A stretch of 64,000 nt of DNA from Yuukianura sp. NJ FZ-2021 (taxonomy: Eukaryota). The notes under the pieces are model-generated. The model saw only the letters and a program-made list of their open reading frames with translations. It was not told the DNA's origin and ran no database searches. Positions 1-13,590 of the stretch are shown piece after piece. The DNA is taken from positions 8,928,001 to 8,992,000 of the forward strand of contig CM102290.1 of the NCBI GenBank assembly GCA_046563655.1, read 5' to 3'. How positions within the stretch are numbered: position 1 is the first letter of the stretch; every line of letters begins with the position of its first letter. The position numbers and the translations under genes were made by a program.

Positions 1-2917
1 ATGTTGCGAACAAATCGTTGTAAAATTATTTGTTTCATTCCTGATCATGCTACTTTTTGTTGTGGTTTTGTTTTGTTCCATTCCACTGCTGAAATTGTAA
101 AGCACAAAGTTAGAATCAATTTGCGTCTGGAGGTCTGAACGGGAAACACGTTTAACCCATGTAGATATTATTAACTTGAATTAGCTTAGCAAATTACAAA
201 TCGTTTTAGCAATGGCGTGGGAAAAAGCGTAACGAGTCTCGGAAGTTTTCTAAACTAATAGTACAAACTTCCCTGTTCCTTAACTTTACTAATTGTTTTT
301 AATCCCGGATGGAGTGGGTTTTATAACTGAAAATGACTTTGAAATTTCATTATGTGAGTATCGATGAAAAACAAAACTAGCGCCGGATTTGGCCTTAAAT
401 TGAACTTTAGTGTATCAAATATTGTTTACGTGCTGCACTTAAATTTGTATAAAGGATCACTGTATCTGTGAGCCTATTATTACCATGATATCAACTTCAA
501 ATCTACCATAAAAGTCAAGTGTAAAAATGTTGCGGCTCCACCGCAAGCATACAGAAATCTGTATCGGTTTGAGAACGAAGCGTGGCTTACGCAGCTCAAT
601 GTTTCGTGCCTATAAAATACCTGTTGCTAGAAAGAGTTTCAAATCATCAAAAAATCTAAAAGCAACGTGCTTTATGGAATTGCCGGAATAGTTTTCATGT
701 TATTGACACTTCAATCAAAAATATACCATGGACGATAATATTTTAAGAAAAGTGACAGGAAAATATGCAGATTATCGGCGTTAACGCTATTTTTGCTCCA
801 TTTCTTTTTGAATCGCTTGTGTTTCACGTTTGAAGATTATGTATGTCATTGTTGTCCAGAGGCAAACTTAGAAAAAATTTGATTCTTTTGAGTTGAGATT
901 TTTGATGTATGTACTGACTGTACACCCACTGTCATTTCATTACTCTATGTTCTCGCAATGTAGTAAATTGGCAGGAAATTCCAATTGCGGAAAGGGGCGT
1001 TGCGTTGTTATGTTATGTCGAAAAGTAATTTTCAGTTTTGCTAAAACCTCTGCTTAGTACGATTCAATCCAGATTATTTCGCAGTGCCAGTAATATGCTG
1101 CTCTTACATTGTTGTTTAAATATGTCAATTTCCAAAAATTGAGTTTTTTTTAAAGATGAGGCTTACTCAGCAGGTCAAGGTTGTTTATTCGCATTTTATC
1201 ATGGTTTCGTTTATATTTCAATGCATTCATCCTGGGTCGCAGTCTATGGCAAAAGATACGGCACAATCCATACTAGAAAATGGTGTAGAAATAATCCTGC
1301 TTTACTAAATTTTTTTTCGGAGGATTTTAAAAGTAATTTTTGGAATCTGGAATGCTTTAGTTTAGTTATAAATAAGGAAAAGCTAATAATGGGATGTTAG
1401 AGTTGAAATGTTGGTGAAAGGTGGCTTAAGTTGGTGGTCGTTGTGGATCTGTGAGTTGGCATTTGAGGGCTACCGGCGGTCAACTCGTGGAAGTGCGGTT
1501 TGTTGATGGAAAGTTTTTTCTTTTTGGAAGGAGGGAATTGGCAGTCTGTGAGCGAAGACTGGAAAGTATTTTGTGCCGTGTGGACATGGAGTGGGAACTT
1601 TCCGTATTGGCGTTTTGAGTTCCTCCGAATGAGTAGAAGGGGTTTTTGTGTAGTAAAAATCGATATGCGGCCTCTCTCATTCTACCCAACCTCTCTTCGT
1701 TTCTACCAAAAATGTGATGGTAGTCACACCGAAGAGGAGGATTCGGCTAGGGGAATAATGCTAGAAGACGACAGTGGAACCATATGAACTCTTCTTGTTA
1801 AGAAGGTAAAACAGAAGAGCAAAGACAAGGATCAAAATACTTGCTGTGTTCGTGGTTGCTTAGGCGCTGGCACCTTAGGAAACGCACTTATTTTTAAAGT
1901 TTTTCAATTTTTAGAAACAGCCTGGATAAGATATGTTGAATAGCCAAAAGGACTTCTTCTAAAGCGGAAATGTTTTTTTTTTTGCATAATGTTACTGGTT
2001 GACGCCTTTGCTGTCAAATGAAACTGGTGGCCGTATTTGACGTAGAAATTTGGAATTTTTGCCGTCATTTCGGCCACCAGTGGCAGAAATGCGTAATTGC
2101 CATTTCTGTCCATTAAGCATCTTTTATGTACCCAACTCGAAAGCCGGTTAGTTACGCAATAAACCTAGAGATGACACAAGTAGCAACGTTCTGCTATGAC
2201 ATGTCAGTGTCTGTTGTCGTTTCTGTGAGGTCATGTGACCTTCCGGTGGTCACAGGGTGGTTAGATGGCGAATTGGTGGCTAGTCAGTTCGTTGGATACG
2301 TCGATAGAGATGAGGTACTAACATGGAGTGAGCGTAGTCGGACGGAGTGGCTGAGACTGTACTGGAGAAACAAGGTCTTGGTTTTGAGCTAGGGGTGTTC
2401 TGTACAATGTGCCTCAAGACCTCTTTACTTGAACAAATGCGCTCTAACTTCTCACTCTCTGGCTCTCTACTCACTTTTTTCTCACTCCTTGTGTCTCTCT
2501 ACAACTTTTTCTGCACGACCATTTTTATATGGGGTTCTCAGATTTTTGTGGAAGCGAGAGAGGAGGGAAATGAGGATTTGAGTTTGATTCCTTCAAAGGG
2601 GCAAAGAATGTTGTTATTGTTCAAGAGGACATGACGAGGAGGCTATATTCTGAGTCTTCCTTTGGCTTTTTTCTTAAGGCTGGAGGTCATTTCACCATGG
2701 TTACTTGACCTCCTCCCGTATTCTTGTTTGGATTTGGAGTACTCATACCTTTACTTTTTCCTTGGTCAGGAGACAATGAAGACACCACTGTTTTCACCAG
2801 TTGACTTTAGTGTGGATTTTCGAATATTACTGATACCGTCAAAAAACGGTCAAAAATACTACGTTGAAAGTAGAATTGTAATTTTGATCCTAGTAAATCT
2901 ACACCTCTGAGAAAGAA

Positions 2918-3035
2918 ACTCAAAAAAGTTGTAATATTTTTTATAGAAAATATGTAGTAAGAAACTCAGAAAAGCTGGAATATTTTTTATGCATAATATA
3001 TGAGAAAAACTCAGAAAAGTGTTAGAAAAAGTTAT
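2918..3035. repeat. Imperfect ~45-bp tandem repeat, about 2.5 copies
   Basis: Units begin a(a)actca(a/g)aaaag and continue ...aatattttttat..., recurring near 2918, 2962 and 3007. Confidence 0.55.
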
Positions 3036-4118
3036 AACTCCAATGAGTATTTTTCCGGATTTTAGGAATCCGATGAAATAATGTTGTCCAACTGTCGTAT
3101 AACGCGCGCGGTATACGCCGTGAATTAGGGTGAGTGAATGAATTGGTGGAGGTGGGAAGTGAGCAATTCCCAGAGGGAGTGACATTCCATTCATTCCAGA
3201 GAGATTCACTATCCTTGGCCTCAGAACCAATTAGGCCGAATGAGTTGATCCAACGATGTAGGGCATGACACGTCTCCCAGAATTTCAGTTTATTTTAAAA
3301 TCTTAGTTGGTCCAACACGTCTAGTTGACATTTGCCAAAAGAGTAGACCACCCCGGAACGCATGTCCCATCTCTGACACTTGACTTAATTGAGGAGACGT
3401 GATAATTGGTGGGGAGTGGTACATTGTGATGTAGAGGAACATGGATCAAAGCATTTGTTGACATGATCTCGTCATTGCGACTGGATTACTATGAGTTAAT
3501 GTGAGTGTTTGTATTGTACGAGGAGAGAGGCTAGTGTTTGAAGGCTGGTGACAAGTTGTTTTAAAGCTTTTATGCACTTGAACGTTTAATACAAAACTCT
3601 GTTCTTATCCGAATTACATGGGATGGGAATGCCTCGTGAGCATCTTCTGTCCCGTCTCTTTTCTTCTCACTCTACTGGCTCACCGTCAGTTTTGAGTGAT
3701 TTACGAGGGTGTCCATTAACATTTAATTACTGTGGAGTCAAACTCAACACGAGAGTAGCGTCAAGTGGTTACTAATTTCCTTAGTAGCATTATTAGGTGG
3801 ATTAAGTTGTCAGCAGGTCTTTTTAAGTTGTGAATGAGTAAGGAAGGAGTAAATGATGGGTTGTCTGTGCGAGATGTTAGATTTCAAAAAATTGCAAACG
3901 ATAAATGTTTTCATGCCGTATACGCTAATGACGCTTTTGTTTTGGCGGGAAAACTTTTTTTAACATACTTTTTAGATGGAAGTCCACCAAATTTTTTTTT
4001 CAGTGTACATTAATATTACAAGAATACGGAAGGGTCCTTGATAAGTACTATATAAAATATGGCATACCCCCCTCCCCCTCTTCACCCCGCCCGGCTTCCT
4101 GCAGAGATCATTCTATGA

Positions 4119-4496
4119 AAAGCGTACCTGACAGTGTCAGGGTTTCCATTGTGTCCTGGAAGTTAGAGTTTCTCATCAGGTTTGGAAACTAATAAAGCAA
4201 TCTTTATCTTTGGACGCAGATTTTAAACTTGTGATCAAACTTTGTAACAGGTTTTTTTCCACTTTTGATGGGAAGTGTGTATTTTTAGATGTAGACTTAA
4301 AAAGACCATGATTGTAGGAACGTCTGTGACAACAGGAGTGAAGTTGCGTGGCGACGAGCGAGCGGTGGAAATGATTTTGAGTGAAAGCGGAACCTGTTGT
4401 GTGTTCATATCCAACAGCATTCGGCATGAGGGGAAACCAGCTTTCTCCAGATTCAATCTGCTCCAGTTCTTGTTCTTTTACCTCGTCTTCCTCCAT
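4119..4496 (-). pseudogene. Possible decayed coding fragment (unidentified; TE or gene relic)
   Basis: ATG-started acidic ORF MEEDEVKEQELEQIES... Coding-like text switches between frames and ends at a plausible donor (cag|gtacgc, ~4119). No family recognised. Confidence 0.2.
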
Positions 4497-5745
4497 CTAC
4501 TTTCCTATTTCAATTTTAGTAAACTAATATTTCTAATCCGCTTTTTCACCGTTTTCTTAGTTTTAGATAACACCGGATAGATTTAGATAGACCTAAACCT
4601 AACTACGTCGAGTTTTCATAGTTTTCATAGTTTCATTCCTATTCAAATTTACTTTCTAAGCGACATTTTTTGAAATGACGCTTTAAGGTATTGTTGCGGA
4701 CTTTTTACACTAGAATTAGACGAAATCTCGGCTCATAACCCGCAACTTAAAAAAAAACTAAATATTTTAAGCTATAGATTTAAACTGAAATTTTATATTT
4801 TAATTAACCTAAAAATTGAGGTACATGTAGAATATTTATTTTGGATATGCAGGTTGGTTTCTTTGTTCCATTTGGAGCAATGTCTTGTTCGATTTACTGC
4901 ATTGCTTCGTTCAAGTTGCTAAATCACCTTGCTTGCCAACTATGATTTAAAAATATCTGTTCATTTGGAGTTGAGAAGAAAGGAGATTTTTTGAAGTAAA
5001 CCCAAATAACCTGTGGGGTGTCATGGTCACGGGGCGATAAGACCATATTACTTTTGGGTGAATTGTAAGCTATTTGTGTGTTTTCTTTCAACGTCCTTCA
5101 TACTTCTGGGTGACCCTGTTCATCGTTGAATGGAAATGGAGTAAAAGGAATTTGTTCTCAAGGCTTTTCAAATTCTTGGGGTTTATGTATCGACTGGGTG
5201 TTTAAGCTGAAGTAGTTTTTGCCCTGCTCCCTTGCTGTAGTGTTCTCATAGCATAACTGTTTCAATACAAAAAGATGGAAATAAGTATAGGAGTGGAAAG
5301 AGAATGGATGGTGCAGTAGCGGAGAAAGTGGAGACAGATTAGAGGGACATTGGGTTGCTTCTGGGAATTGGCAACAAGTGGCCGTTTGTTTTGTCTTGCC
5401 CTACCTGTCCTACCTGCCCTGTACTTTCCGTCTCCCATGGAGCCAAGTGAAAGTAATTCAAATTCCCAAGGCTTTTATTATTCGACTTTTGTCCATTAGT
5501 ATTTTTCGGACGTAAATGGCGGCGGCGCACATCCAGCGTTAATTATGAGAACTTTATTTTATTAAAGCCGGATTCTTTTACTAAAGTCTGGATAGCGTTT
5601 TGTTCACGATTCATTACTTAATAATTATTAGTATCAACTATTATTAGAGGGTGTAAAAGCTTTACCCACTAAAATTTTAACCGTAAAACGCAAAAATTTG
5701 TTTAATATGATTATTTCGCATGAGCCGTAAAATGTATTAGTTAGG

Positions 5746-5950
5746 TTAGGGTACCCACAAAACTCGTACCTATGGGCATTTGGTATGCTTGTGTGGGTAC
5801 TTGGACTGAGAGAAATAGAGACGTCGCAATTAGAATTGAGAGGTGGGTTAGGGTACCCATGTAGCCAGTACCGTACGGGTACTTGGTGTGCCAGTGTGGG
5901 TACTTGACCTAGGAGTAATAGAGACATCACAATTAGAATTGAGAGGTGGG
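5746..5950. repeat. Diverged tandem duplication, two ~102-bp units
   Basis: Both units (5746-5847, 5848-5950) start ttagggtaccca, contain gtgtgggtactt and end caattagaattgagaggtggg. Confidence 0.8.
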
Positions 5951-6739
5951 TGACAGGTGACCTAACAAAGGGCGCAAGGCAGCAATTAAAAGAGAGAGAA
6001 ATGAGGTGAATTGGGAGTAAGTTGAGAGTGTTGTTTGTGTTGGGCCTTTCTCCTCATTTTTGTTGGATTTGGGATCCCCTGAGAGATGGAGAGCATGAGT
6101 TAAGAAGTGGAGCTGTGCTGCCTGGGTGAAGCGTCTCTAGAGCCACAGTGTCCTAGTCTCTCTCTCCCTTTCTTTTTGTAGTTGCCCCCTCTTCTCATGT
6201 GCCCCCTAGCTCAAAATGAGTTCTCTTATGGGCTCTCAAAGGTACAGGCAGAACAGGATGGAACAAACCCGTTTTTTCACCCGTGTCTCCTCAAAAACCT
6301 CGCTTTTCTTCTTTGGCACACAAGAGAGACGCACAGGCCGATGGAATTTGGTTATTCCAAATGTTGAAGAACCGTCTGTGCCTGTGCCTGTTCATACTAT
6401 TCGAATGGAGCGTCCAAACAGGCAGCACGAGGCTCACTACTTTCCTTTTGTGTGTCTGGGACCCTTTCATGTCCTATCTCTTTTGTGACATTAGGATTGT
6501 GTTATGTGTAGGATCTGGACATTTCCTGGCTCCTCTGGGCGGCTGCTAAGGGACCAAAGACGCTTGGAACCACACTTGACCTCAGAATATGCAAAGGTCG
6601 CGGTCCATAAGTCTAATGTATCAGGTGTAGCAGATATATTCTATAAAAACGCCTGAAATGTTTAAATATTTTTACTCAAAACCATTGACATATTTAGTTA
6701 GTTAACATTTAAATGAATATAATATTTAGTCATAGAAAG

Positions 6740-7328
6740 CAGAGATGCCGCGAATGTTCTGCCGCGGAATAAGTATTCGTCATATTACGCTGCCGGGAAA
6801 TCTGAACGAATTATCTGACGAGATATTAGGCTGTATAATTTCTATTATTTAGTTATGAAAATTTATGACTTTATCGAGAAAAGATAATTACTCTTATCTA
6901 GAAACGACAAAAAAATATTAGCCGAGTGAGTTAAAGTATGCCATTGTCACTGTTGCTGGATATCCGCCTTTTTGACGTTTTGTCTAATGGATATCCAATG
7001 GATAATATTCTTCATCCGGAAGAAGTGGCTGGAAAAAATAGATAGAAATGGATAGTTTCGGATACTTCCATCCAATTTCCTGTAGACGGAAGAATTTGTT
7101 TTATCCATCCGATAACATTGGCTAAACAAATTATATGGGTGTTTCTACTCCTGTAAGCGTTTGTTACTCAAAACTCAAACGGCAAAGAACTCAGAAGTGT
7201 CAGTTTTTTTTTCATTTTACCACCTTTCTACGCAGTATTTTATTCGGCCTAATATTGTTTTCCGAATATATTTTCCAAAGTTACTCGGCTATTTGATATT
7301 CGGTCAATTCAATATTCGGGCATCCTTA
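6740..7328. mobile_element. Degenerate hAT-like non-autonomous element (MITE)
   Basis: Left end cagagatgccgcgaatgtt resembles the reverse complement of the right end (taaggatgcccgaatatt). Subterminal tattcgg/ccgaata repeats. Flanks atagaaag / atataaaa match at 6 of 8, fitting a decayed 8-bp TSD. Confidence 0.5.
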
Positions 7329-7576
7329 ATATAAAATATTGGTTTCGTTAACATCAAGTGCATTGGGCCTAAATATTAGTATACGGTCCATAAGTAGCCG
7401 TTTATAAGTGTCAGAGAACGGGAAACTGAAAGTGGAAGATGTTGGCATCACGTCGTATCCTCTGGTCCCTCAATCCGAAAAGTCCTCAATTCGGGGTATT
7501 CTCCCGCGTTCGTTTTTATTCCGTTCGGGTTGTTCGGCTGAAGTAAATGAACAGAGACCCCTAAGATGAAACCGGT

Positions 7577-7720
7577 GCTCTCTCTCTCTGGTTCGTAGCT
7601 AATATATCATTTGGGAATGTAGCTCCAACAGGAGAAGAGTCCACCTTGTCTCTCTCTCCTTCCACTAGCTACCACAAAAACGGTTGTTTTTTGTCTGCAT
7701 GTAAACACTCTCAGTCAGTT
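7577..7720 (+). promoter_or_regulatory. Putative LDB/Chip core promoter: (CT)n/GAGA tracts and tandem TCAGT initiators
   Basis: ctctctctctct at ~7577, tctctctctc at ~7649 and tcagtcagtt at 7711-7720, upstream of the LDB coding region. No transcript data. Confidence 0.4.
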
Positions 7721-9208
7721 GGTTGAAGTGAGGGAAGAAGGACATAGTTGTTCTCTGCTGTCATCTCGAGTCAATGAGGCTTACGAACTAACTGCAAATT
7801 TGGCTTTAATCACTTTCACTTTCTTTTGTCCCTTCACGTGCTCCGTGACCTCCTTATGATGTTTACATAGCCTACAGGTTGCATAAACTTAATTTTACCG
7901 CGCATTGTACTCGTTCTACTGTGTAAATGTCACAGAATTTAGTAGGATCATTGGATTTGGCGAATGAGAAAGTTAGGGAGTCGTTTTCCGAACATTCAGT
8001 TTGACTGGACTTGTTTTTGTGCCAGTGTGCTACTCCCGAATCTCTTGGACCGCTTGACAGTTTCAACTTTCTCCTACCTGCATTTTTGCACATTTCATCT
8101 ATATTGGAAGAGCGATTTTGGCAGTTGTGTCACAACAACATAAACCTTAAGACGACGCGTGCGACATTTTTTGTTTTGTCGCAGTGCTAATCTGCAAATC
8201 GCTGCTAATTGTGATTTCGTGTTCTTTTGTGGCTAGTGAGCGTGAAATCTTGGAGTCGGATGTGGTTGTTATCAGAGGTCGGACGAAGATAATTATTGAT
8301 TCTGATGCGAAGGGAAGCGTTAATGACAGAGATGGACGTTGTGAAGTGAGTGATTAGATTTAGATACTAGCGACGACACTGACAAGAAGATGCTGACGTC
8401 TTTAAACAGTCCAGTTTGTCTCCTAAGCCATGTTGCATCCGAAGAATTTCATCCAGAAGAGTCAATGAATTCCGAGTCTTTGGGTTCATAATTTTCCAGG
8501 AAGCGAGCGTTGAAAGTAATGGAATCAGTGGCTGATTCCTCAGATTCAGTCATTTTCTCTCCGTTTGTCCAGAAGTCATATGTCCATGACTTGGTAAAAC
8601 TAGGCGACCTCTTCCTCAGCACATTGGGGAAATGGTGGGAAAAAGTAACAGAGCTTAGCAGATTGACGTCTCAGAAGTCGGAAGTCTTTCACCGTACCTC
8701 AGAATTATCAACGGCATATTCGCCTAGTTACTATCAATCGTTCTACATTAGATGCGGATGTCTCCGCAACTCTACACTGCATCTCAAACCATCATCTTTC
8801 CTTATTTGTCTCTTCTCCACGTGGTAGAGGAGATATGTATCTTGTGTTGTTGAGTGTAGCTCATTGTCTGTCAAGAACCCCGGAACGAAAATTCTGAACT
8901 CTACTAGTGAAGTCAAATAAATCACGACGGGTAAAAAAAGGAATAACCAAATTGGAATAAACTCGGAGCCGAAGAAGTTTTTCGACTTCAAAAACGAATT
9001 TCTGGGAGGGGGTGGGAGTGATAAAGTTGTCGTGGACGGTGGCGGGCAAACTGTGGTTGACCAGTGGGTCGATCAGCCACCCCCGCGCCCGCCACCGTGT
9101 TCCTGTGCTGCCTGTTGTACAAATTCCGATCCGTGGGGTGGCTGGGTCCCACCTCCGCCCCGTTCCTGTGGCCCACCACCCTTACCGCTTGGGCCGTCAT
9201 GTCCTCCG

Positions 9209-12200
9209 ATGGGACCAGGACCTTGTGGACCCCCGATGCCCCCCGTTCCTAACTCAATGCCCCCTCAGTCCCCCATGCCCATGCAAAATGGGCCACAAAC
9301 TCTCATGGGACCTCCGAATATGGGGGAACCACCTCGCATGCGAGGGAATTCCGAACAATTCTACTGCGGACCAGGACCACCACTCAATCCTCCACCACCA
9401 GCGGCTTATTATAGGTTTTTACAAAAACAATATTTCCTTATATTTTCCGTAGTTACGGCTTTTCAACACCTTGCTTTCAAAAACGCAGTCAAATAATATG
9501 TTAACAGAATGAGGTGAATCCAGTCAATTAGAGTCACTGAATCTAATGAATTATTATGTTTATATACTAGGCTGAGTAAATGAAGTGTGAAATAATTTGT
9601 GGAAAAAAGTGACAACTTGTAATTCTGACTTTTAACCTGTAATTTGTTTTGGTTTTGTTTGACAGACCGATGCCCATTCCTAGAAGAGCCGCCCCTTACT
9701 TCGGACAACCCGATTACCGTATTTATGAGCTGAATAAACGATTGCAGCAGCGGACCGATGACAGTGACAACCTTTGGTGGGATGCATTTGCAACCGAGTT
9801 CTTTGAAGATGATGCTACCTTGACTCTCACATTCTGCCTAGACGATGTTATCAAAAGATATAGTAAGTGCAGGAGTTGAGCAATGTTAATACTTTTTCCT
9901 TTTGATTTATCCGTGGATATTGTTTGATTCATTCCGGAAATCACGCTGAACCAACCGAAAATCGACAAATCGGGGAGCTAAGTTACCTATATGACACATT
10001 TCCCATTACTTCGTTTGTTGATTCCGGTTGCGTTTTGCTTGTAATTCAGAAATTAATTTTTGTATCAAGATAATTCAAAGCGATGGTTGTTTTATGTGTG
10101 TATTTTGAGTAGGATATTTAGATTTTCCTATTAAGAAATCCGTGTTTGATGTGATAAAGGCTAACTGAACTGCGGCCGGAGAAAGTGACACACCTTAACA
10201 TTGCAAAGCATTCTTTCTGAGAGAAAGTTCTTGTGAGGAAGTGGGGCAACAGTCCAATTGCGATCTCAATCTGATTCAGTGCAGAAGAGTGGTTGTTTGA
10301 GTACTATAGTAAGATCAGGTACATTATATATCCGACAATACCCATCAAGTACTATCGGTTTCCCGGGTTGGTAGGCCAGGAGAGGGAGTAATGTCGTTGT
10401 GAACAGAAACATTTTGTATTGATCAGCTATGTCGCGAGCCATGAATAATACATTTCCTACTGGTCGATGCGTCCTGAAAATAATTCGGAACGGAGGTATA
10501 GTAGATAGGAAGGAGAATACTTAACCCGGTACTAGGGCACAAGATTGTACTTTTCCAAAGTTTGCTACTACAATGAAATGAAAGTTTTAAAATTAATTTA
10601 CAAAACAAAAAGATTTAAATAAGTTGTGCATGCAGTACATATAAGTACACGTATTCTTTTATACAGGAATGTAGATTGCGTGCAGTACCACAATTTAAAC
10701 AGGTTGTAGAATCCATACGAGACGTGTTACGTACAAATCGCGAATCGTATCTGTTAATTTCTCTGATTTTCACTACGGGACAGAGAAAAAAGATTTTCAA
10801 GATTAGCAAAGTCTGCAACTTTGCTAATATTTTCATAGAATCATCAATTTTATTCACAATCTAATTCATAATTATAGTCTAATTCATAATAATCAAATTC
10901 CGAATTTTAAAATACTGTATTTGTTTGTTTTACAGCCATTGGAAGGACCCTCATTCCTCGGTACTTTCGAAGCATCTTCGACGGCGGCGTGACAGACCTA
11001 TCATATAATTTGAAGCATCCTAAAGAAACGTTCAACAATACCAGTATCACTTTAGACTGTGACCAGTGTACTATGAATACTGTACATGCAAAATCAATGT
11101 ATACTCAGGTACGAGACGCTTGATTGAAAAATTGGAATTGGCTCTGATAATTGATGTTACGTATTAATTTTGTTTCTGGTTTCCAGTTTCCTCTCCAAGT
11201 GTGTACAGAAGGTAGATTAATATTAGACTTCACTTTCGACGATTTAATGAGGATGAAATCGTGGCATTTCGCGGTGAGACAAGCTCGAGAGTTAGTTCCT
11301 AGGAGTGCTGTGGCCATGCATGCCCAACAACAGGATCCTGGTATGATGGAACAGTTGACGAAAAACATTACTCGCCAAGGTTTAACCAATTCCACACTCA
11401 ATTATCTCAGGGTAAGCAAGTAATTCTGGCGTAACGTTTATGAACTACAGCATTTACGCGTTTATATCAATTTCCGAACTGGATTATGTTATAGATGCGC
11501 TCTGAATTTTAGATTTTTAGTGTTATTAATATTTTTGGAATTGTTTGGTTTAATTCCAGCTCTGTGTAATACTTGAGCCAATGCAGGAACTCATGTCTCG
11601 TCACAAAGCCTATGCACTAACTCCCCGAGATTGCCTAAAAACTACACTTTTTCAAAAATGGCAAAGAATGGTAGCACCCCCTGGTAAGTTTGTCAATCAT
11701 TTATTTACTGAATGTATTGTTTAATGCGACATGATCCGATCTTGTGTTTAGAAGTTTAATTTAGATGCTTTCACTAATGAACATCTTCACATTCACAAAG
11801 CCGATTACGAATATTTTGCACAATACTGACTGTACTTCTATTTTAAATTTTGCAGAAGCCCAACGACCGACGTCAAAAAGACGAAAACGAAAAGGCTCAG
11901 CGTCAAATTCCACAGGAGTTGGTATTAACCCACCTACCACAAATAAGAAAAGGTCACCCGGTCCAAGTTTTTCACTCGCATCCCAAGATGTGATGGTTGT
12001 AGGAGAACCATCATTGAGTAAGTTTCAAACTGAAGTCATCTTTTTTAAACTGCAACACTCAGAATCTGGATTTCGAAATGGAGTGTGGTTATTTACTTTG
12101 CAGTGGGTGGTGAATTCGGTGATGAGGATGAGAGGTTAATTACAAGACTTGAAAATAGTCAATACGACGCAAACGCAGCGTTGGACACTGAGCCTTTCGG

Positions 12201-12435
12201 TGCGGATTCCCCACTACAAGGTGCTGGACCCACTTCCTGGCAACCAGCTCAAGATCGGCCACCTCATGGTACGAAGTTATGTTATGAGAACAATTACTAA
12301 ACCACTGTGAAACTACTTGACAGATCCCAAACGGATAAATAGTTAATTCCAACCTAGGAATTGCGAAGAACTTGAAATGACTTTGTTAATTTGTTTGGAA
12401 CAGGGAAGAAGAAAAAGCAACTTATGATAATATGA
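9209..12435 (+). CDS. Chi: LIM domain-binding protein (Chip/LDB1/LDB2 orthologue)
   Basis: Exons: ..9414, 9666-9862, 10936-11108, 11187-11411, 11560-11683, 11856-12017, 12104-12268, then a last exon (12404-12435 or 12324-12346, uncertain). Motifs: PYFGQPDYRIYELNKRLQQRT..NLWWDAFATEFFEDDA; IGRTLIPRYFRSIF; NSTLNYLRLCVILEPMQELMSRHK; NLS KRRKRK; LID DVMVVGEPSLMGGEFGDEDERLITRLEN. First in-frame ATG is 9209, but the frame is open from 8921. Confidence 0.96.
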
Positions 12436-13089
12436 CTTCTCATGACATCCTCATCACTCCCTGCGCCTAGGCCAATGAGTCAAACGCATCTTTGTCTTCT
12501 TGCGTTGATAACCGCAGAATTTCAGAGGCAACGATTGGCTCCTCCCAACTACCAAGTCCTTACTACAGAATACGCGCACGAACTACTTAACTTCGTGAAA
12601 CCAAAGCACGGGCTGGTTAACTTAACTTATATTGTCTTCTTTACAGTAGACCAATTTTGACAAGAACTACTTATTAGACGTTTAGCTTAGTTTTTCCATG
12701 TAGCTACTTTAACACCCTCCTAAGTACCTACAAATTTATTTCTAGTTCAAAATTGGTATTTTGTTTTGTATTGTTCAAATGAAACAATTTTATTTATACT
12801 CCAAGCATTTATTTTCAGTGATGATTCTAAGAATTAATCAAGTATGAAATTTCTATTCCTTCGTACAATAAAACGGTACAGTTTTCAGGTACTCTCATAA
12901 GCAAACTTATTTCGCAACACTCAAGCCATTACAACGCAGGCGTGAAATTCAACTTCAAGGTAATTTACGTACCAATACAATAATATGAACTCGTATTTGG
13001 CTGACTTTGTGTTTTTTTTAATTTTGGATTTTGAATTTTAGTTTGAATTTCGCGCTGGAGGCTAATTTTAGAAATGTAAACAGAAGGCG

Positions 13090-13140
13090 TGACGTCATGG
13101 CCTTCCATGGAGAGGATAGGAAGGCCGGGGGTATAAAAGC
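13090..13140 (+). promoter_or_regulatory. TATA-box promoter with upstream CRE-like palindrome
   Basis: gtgacgtca at ~13090-13098 and ggTATAAAAG at ~13131-13139, followed by an ATG-free leader up to ATG 13691. Confidence 0.7.
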
Positions 13141-13228
13141 GGCTGCAGAGAGTGAGAGCTCAACAATCGCTCGCCAGCAGCCGAAGGAGAAGGACCTCTC
13201 CCACCACCGCTCCGAGGACCAGCCAGCC

Positions 13229-13590
13229 GACGACCGGGACACGAGGGCTACACCAGAAGGACGACCGGGACACGGACTCTACACAAGAAGGACGACCGGG
13301 ACACGGGGCTCTACACCAGAAGGACGACCGGGACACGGACTCTACACAAGAAGGACGACCGGGACACGGGGCTCTACACCAGTAGGACGACCGGGACACG
13401 AGACCTTGGCCAAGTACCGCCCAGAAAGTCACTGAGGGATTCTTCATACTTCTGGGTCGAAAGGCTCGGGTATCTCGACCGGGACATCGCGGGCTTCTAC
13501 TCCACGACGACCGGGACACCCACCTCTTCAACCACACGACGACGACCGGGACATCGCGGGCTTCCATTGGACGACGACCGGGACACCCAG
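13229..13590 (+). repeat. GC-rich minisatellite array, core GACGACCGGGACAC, about 10 copies
   Basis: Cores at 13229, 13260, 13291, 13323, 13354 and 13386 (spacings 31, 31, 32, 31, 32; 63-bp higher-order unit). Four more cores lie between ~13475 and 13590, two of them followed by atcgcgggcttc. Confidence 0.92.

Noticed and set aside
13031..13435. 134-aa repeat-encoded ORF in the same frame as the NHL gene, one TGA away (readthrough idea)
   Set aside because: Its ATGs lie upstream of the TATA box, so they would not be transcribed from that promoter. GC-rich repeats are open in several frames by composition.
13229..13590. CRISPR-array-like appearance (conserved core with short variable spacers)
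   Set aside because: The spacers are related to each other and repeat in a 63-bp unit, the core is only 10-14 bp, there are no cas genes, and the context is eukaryotic.
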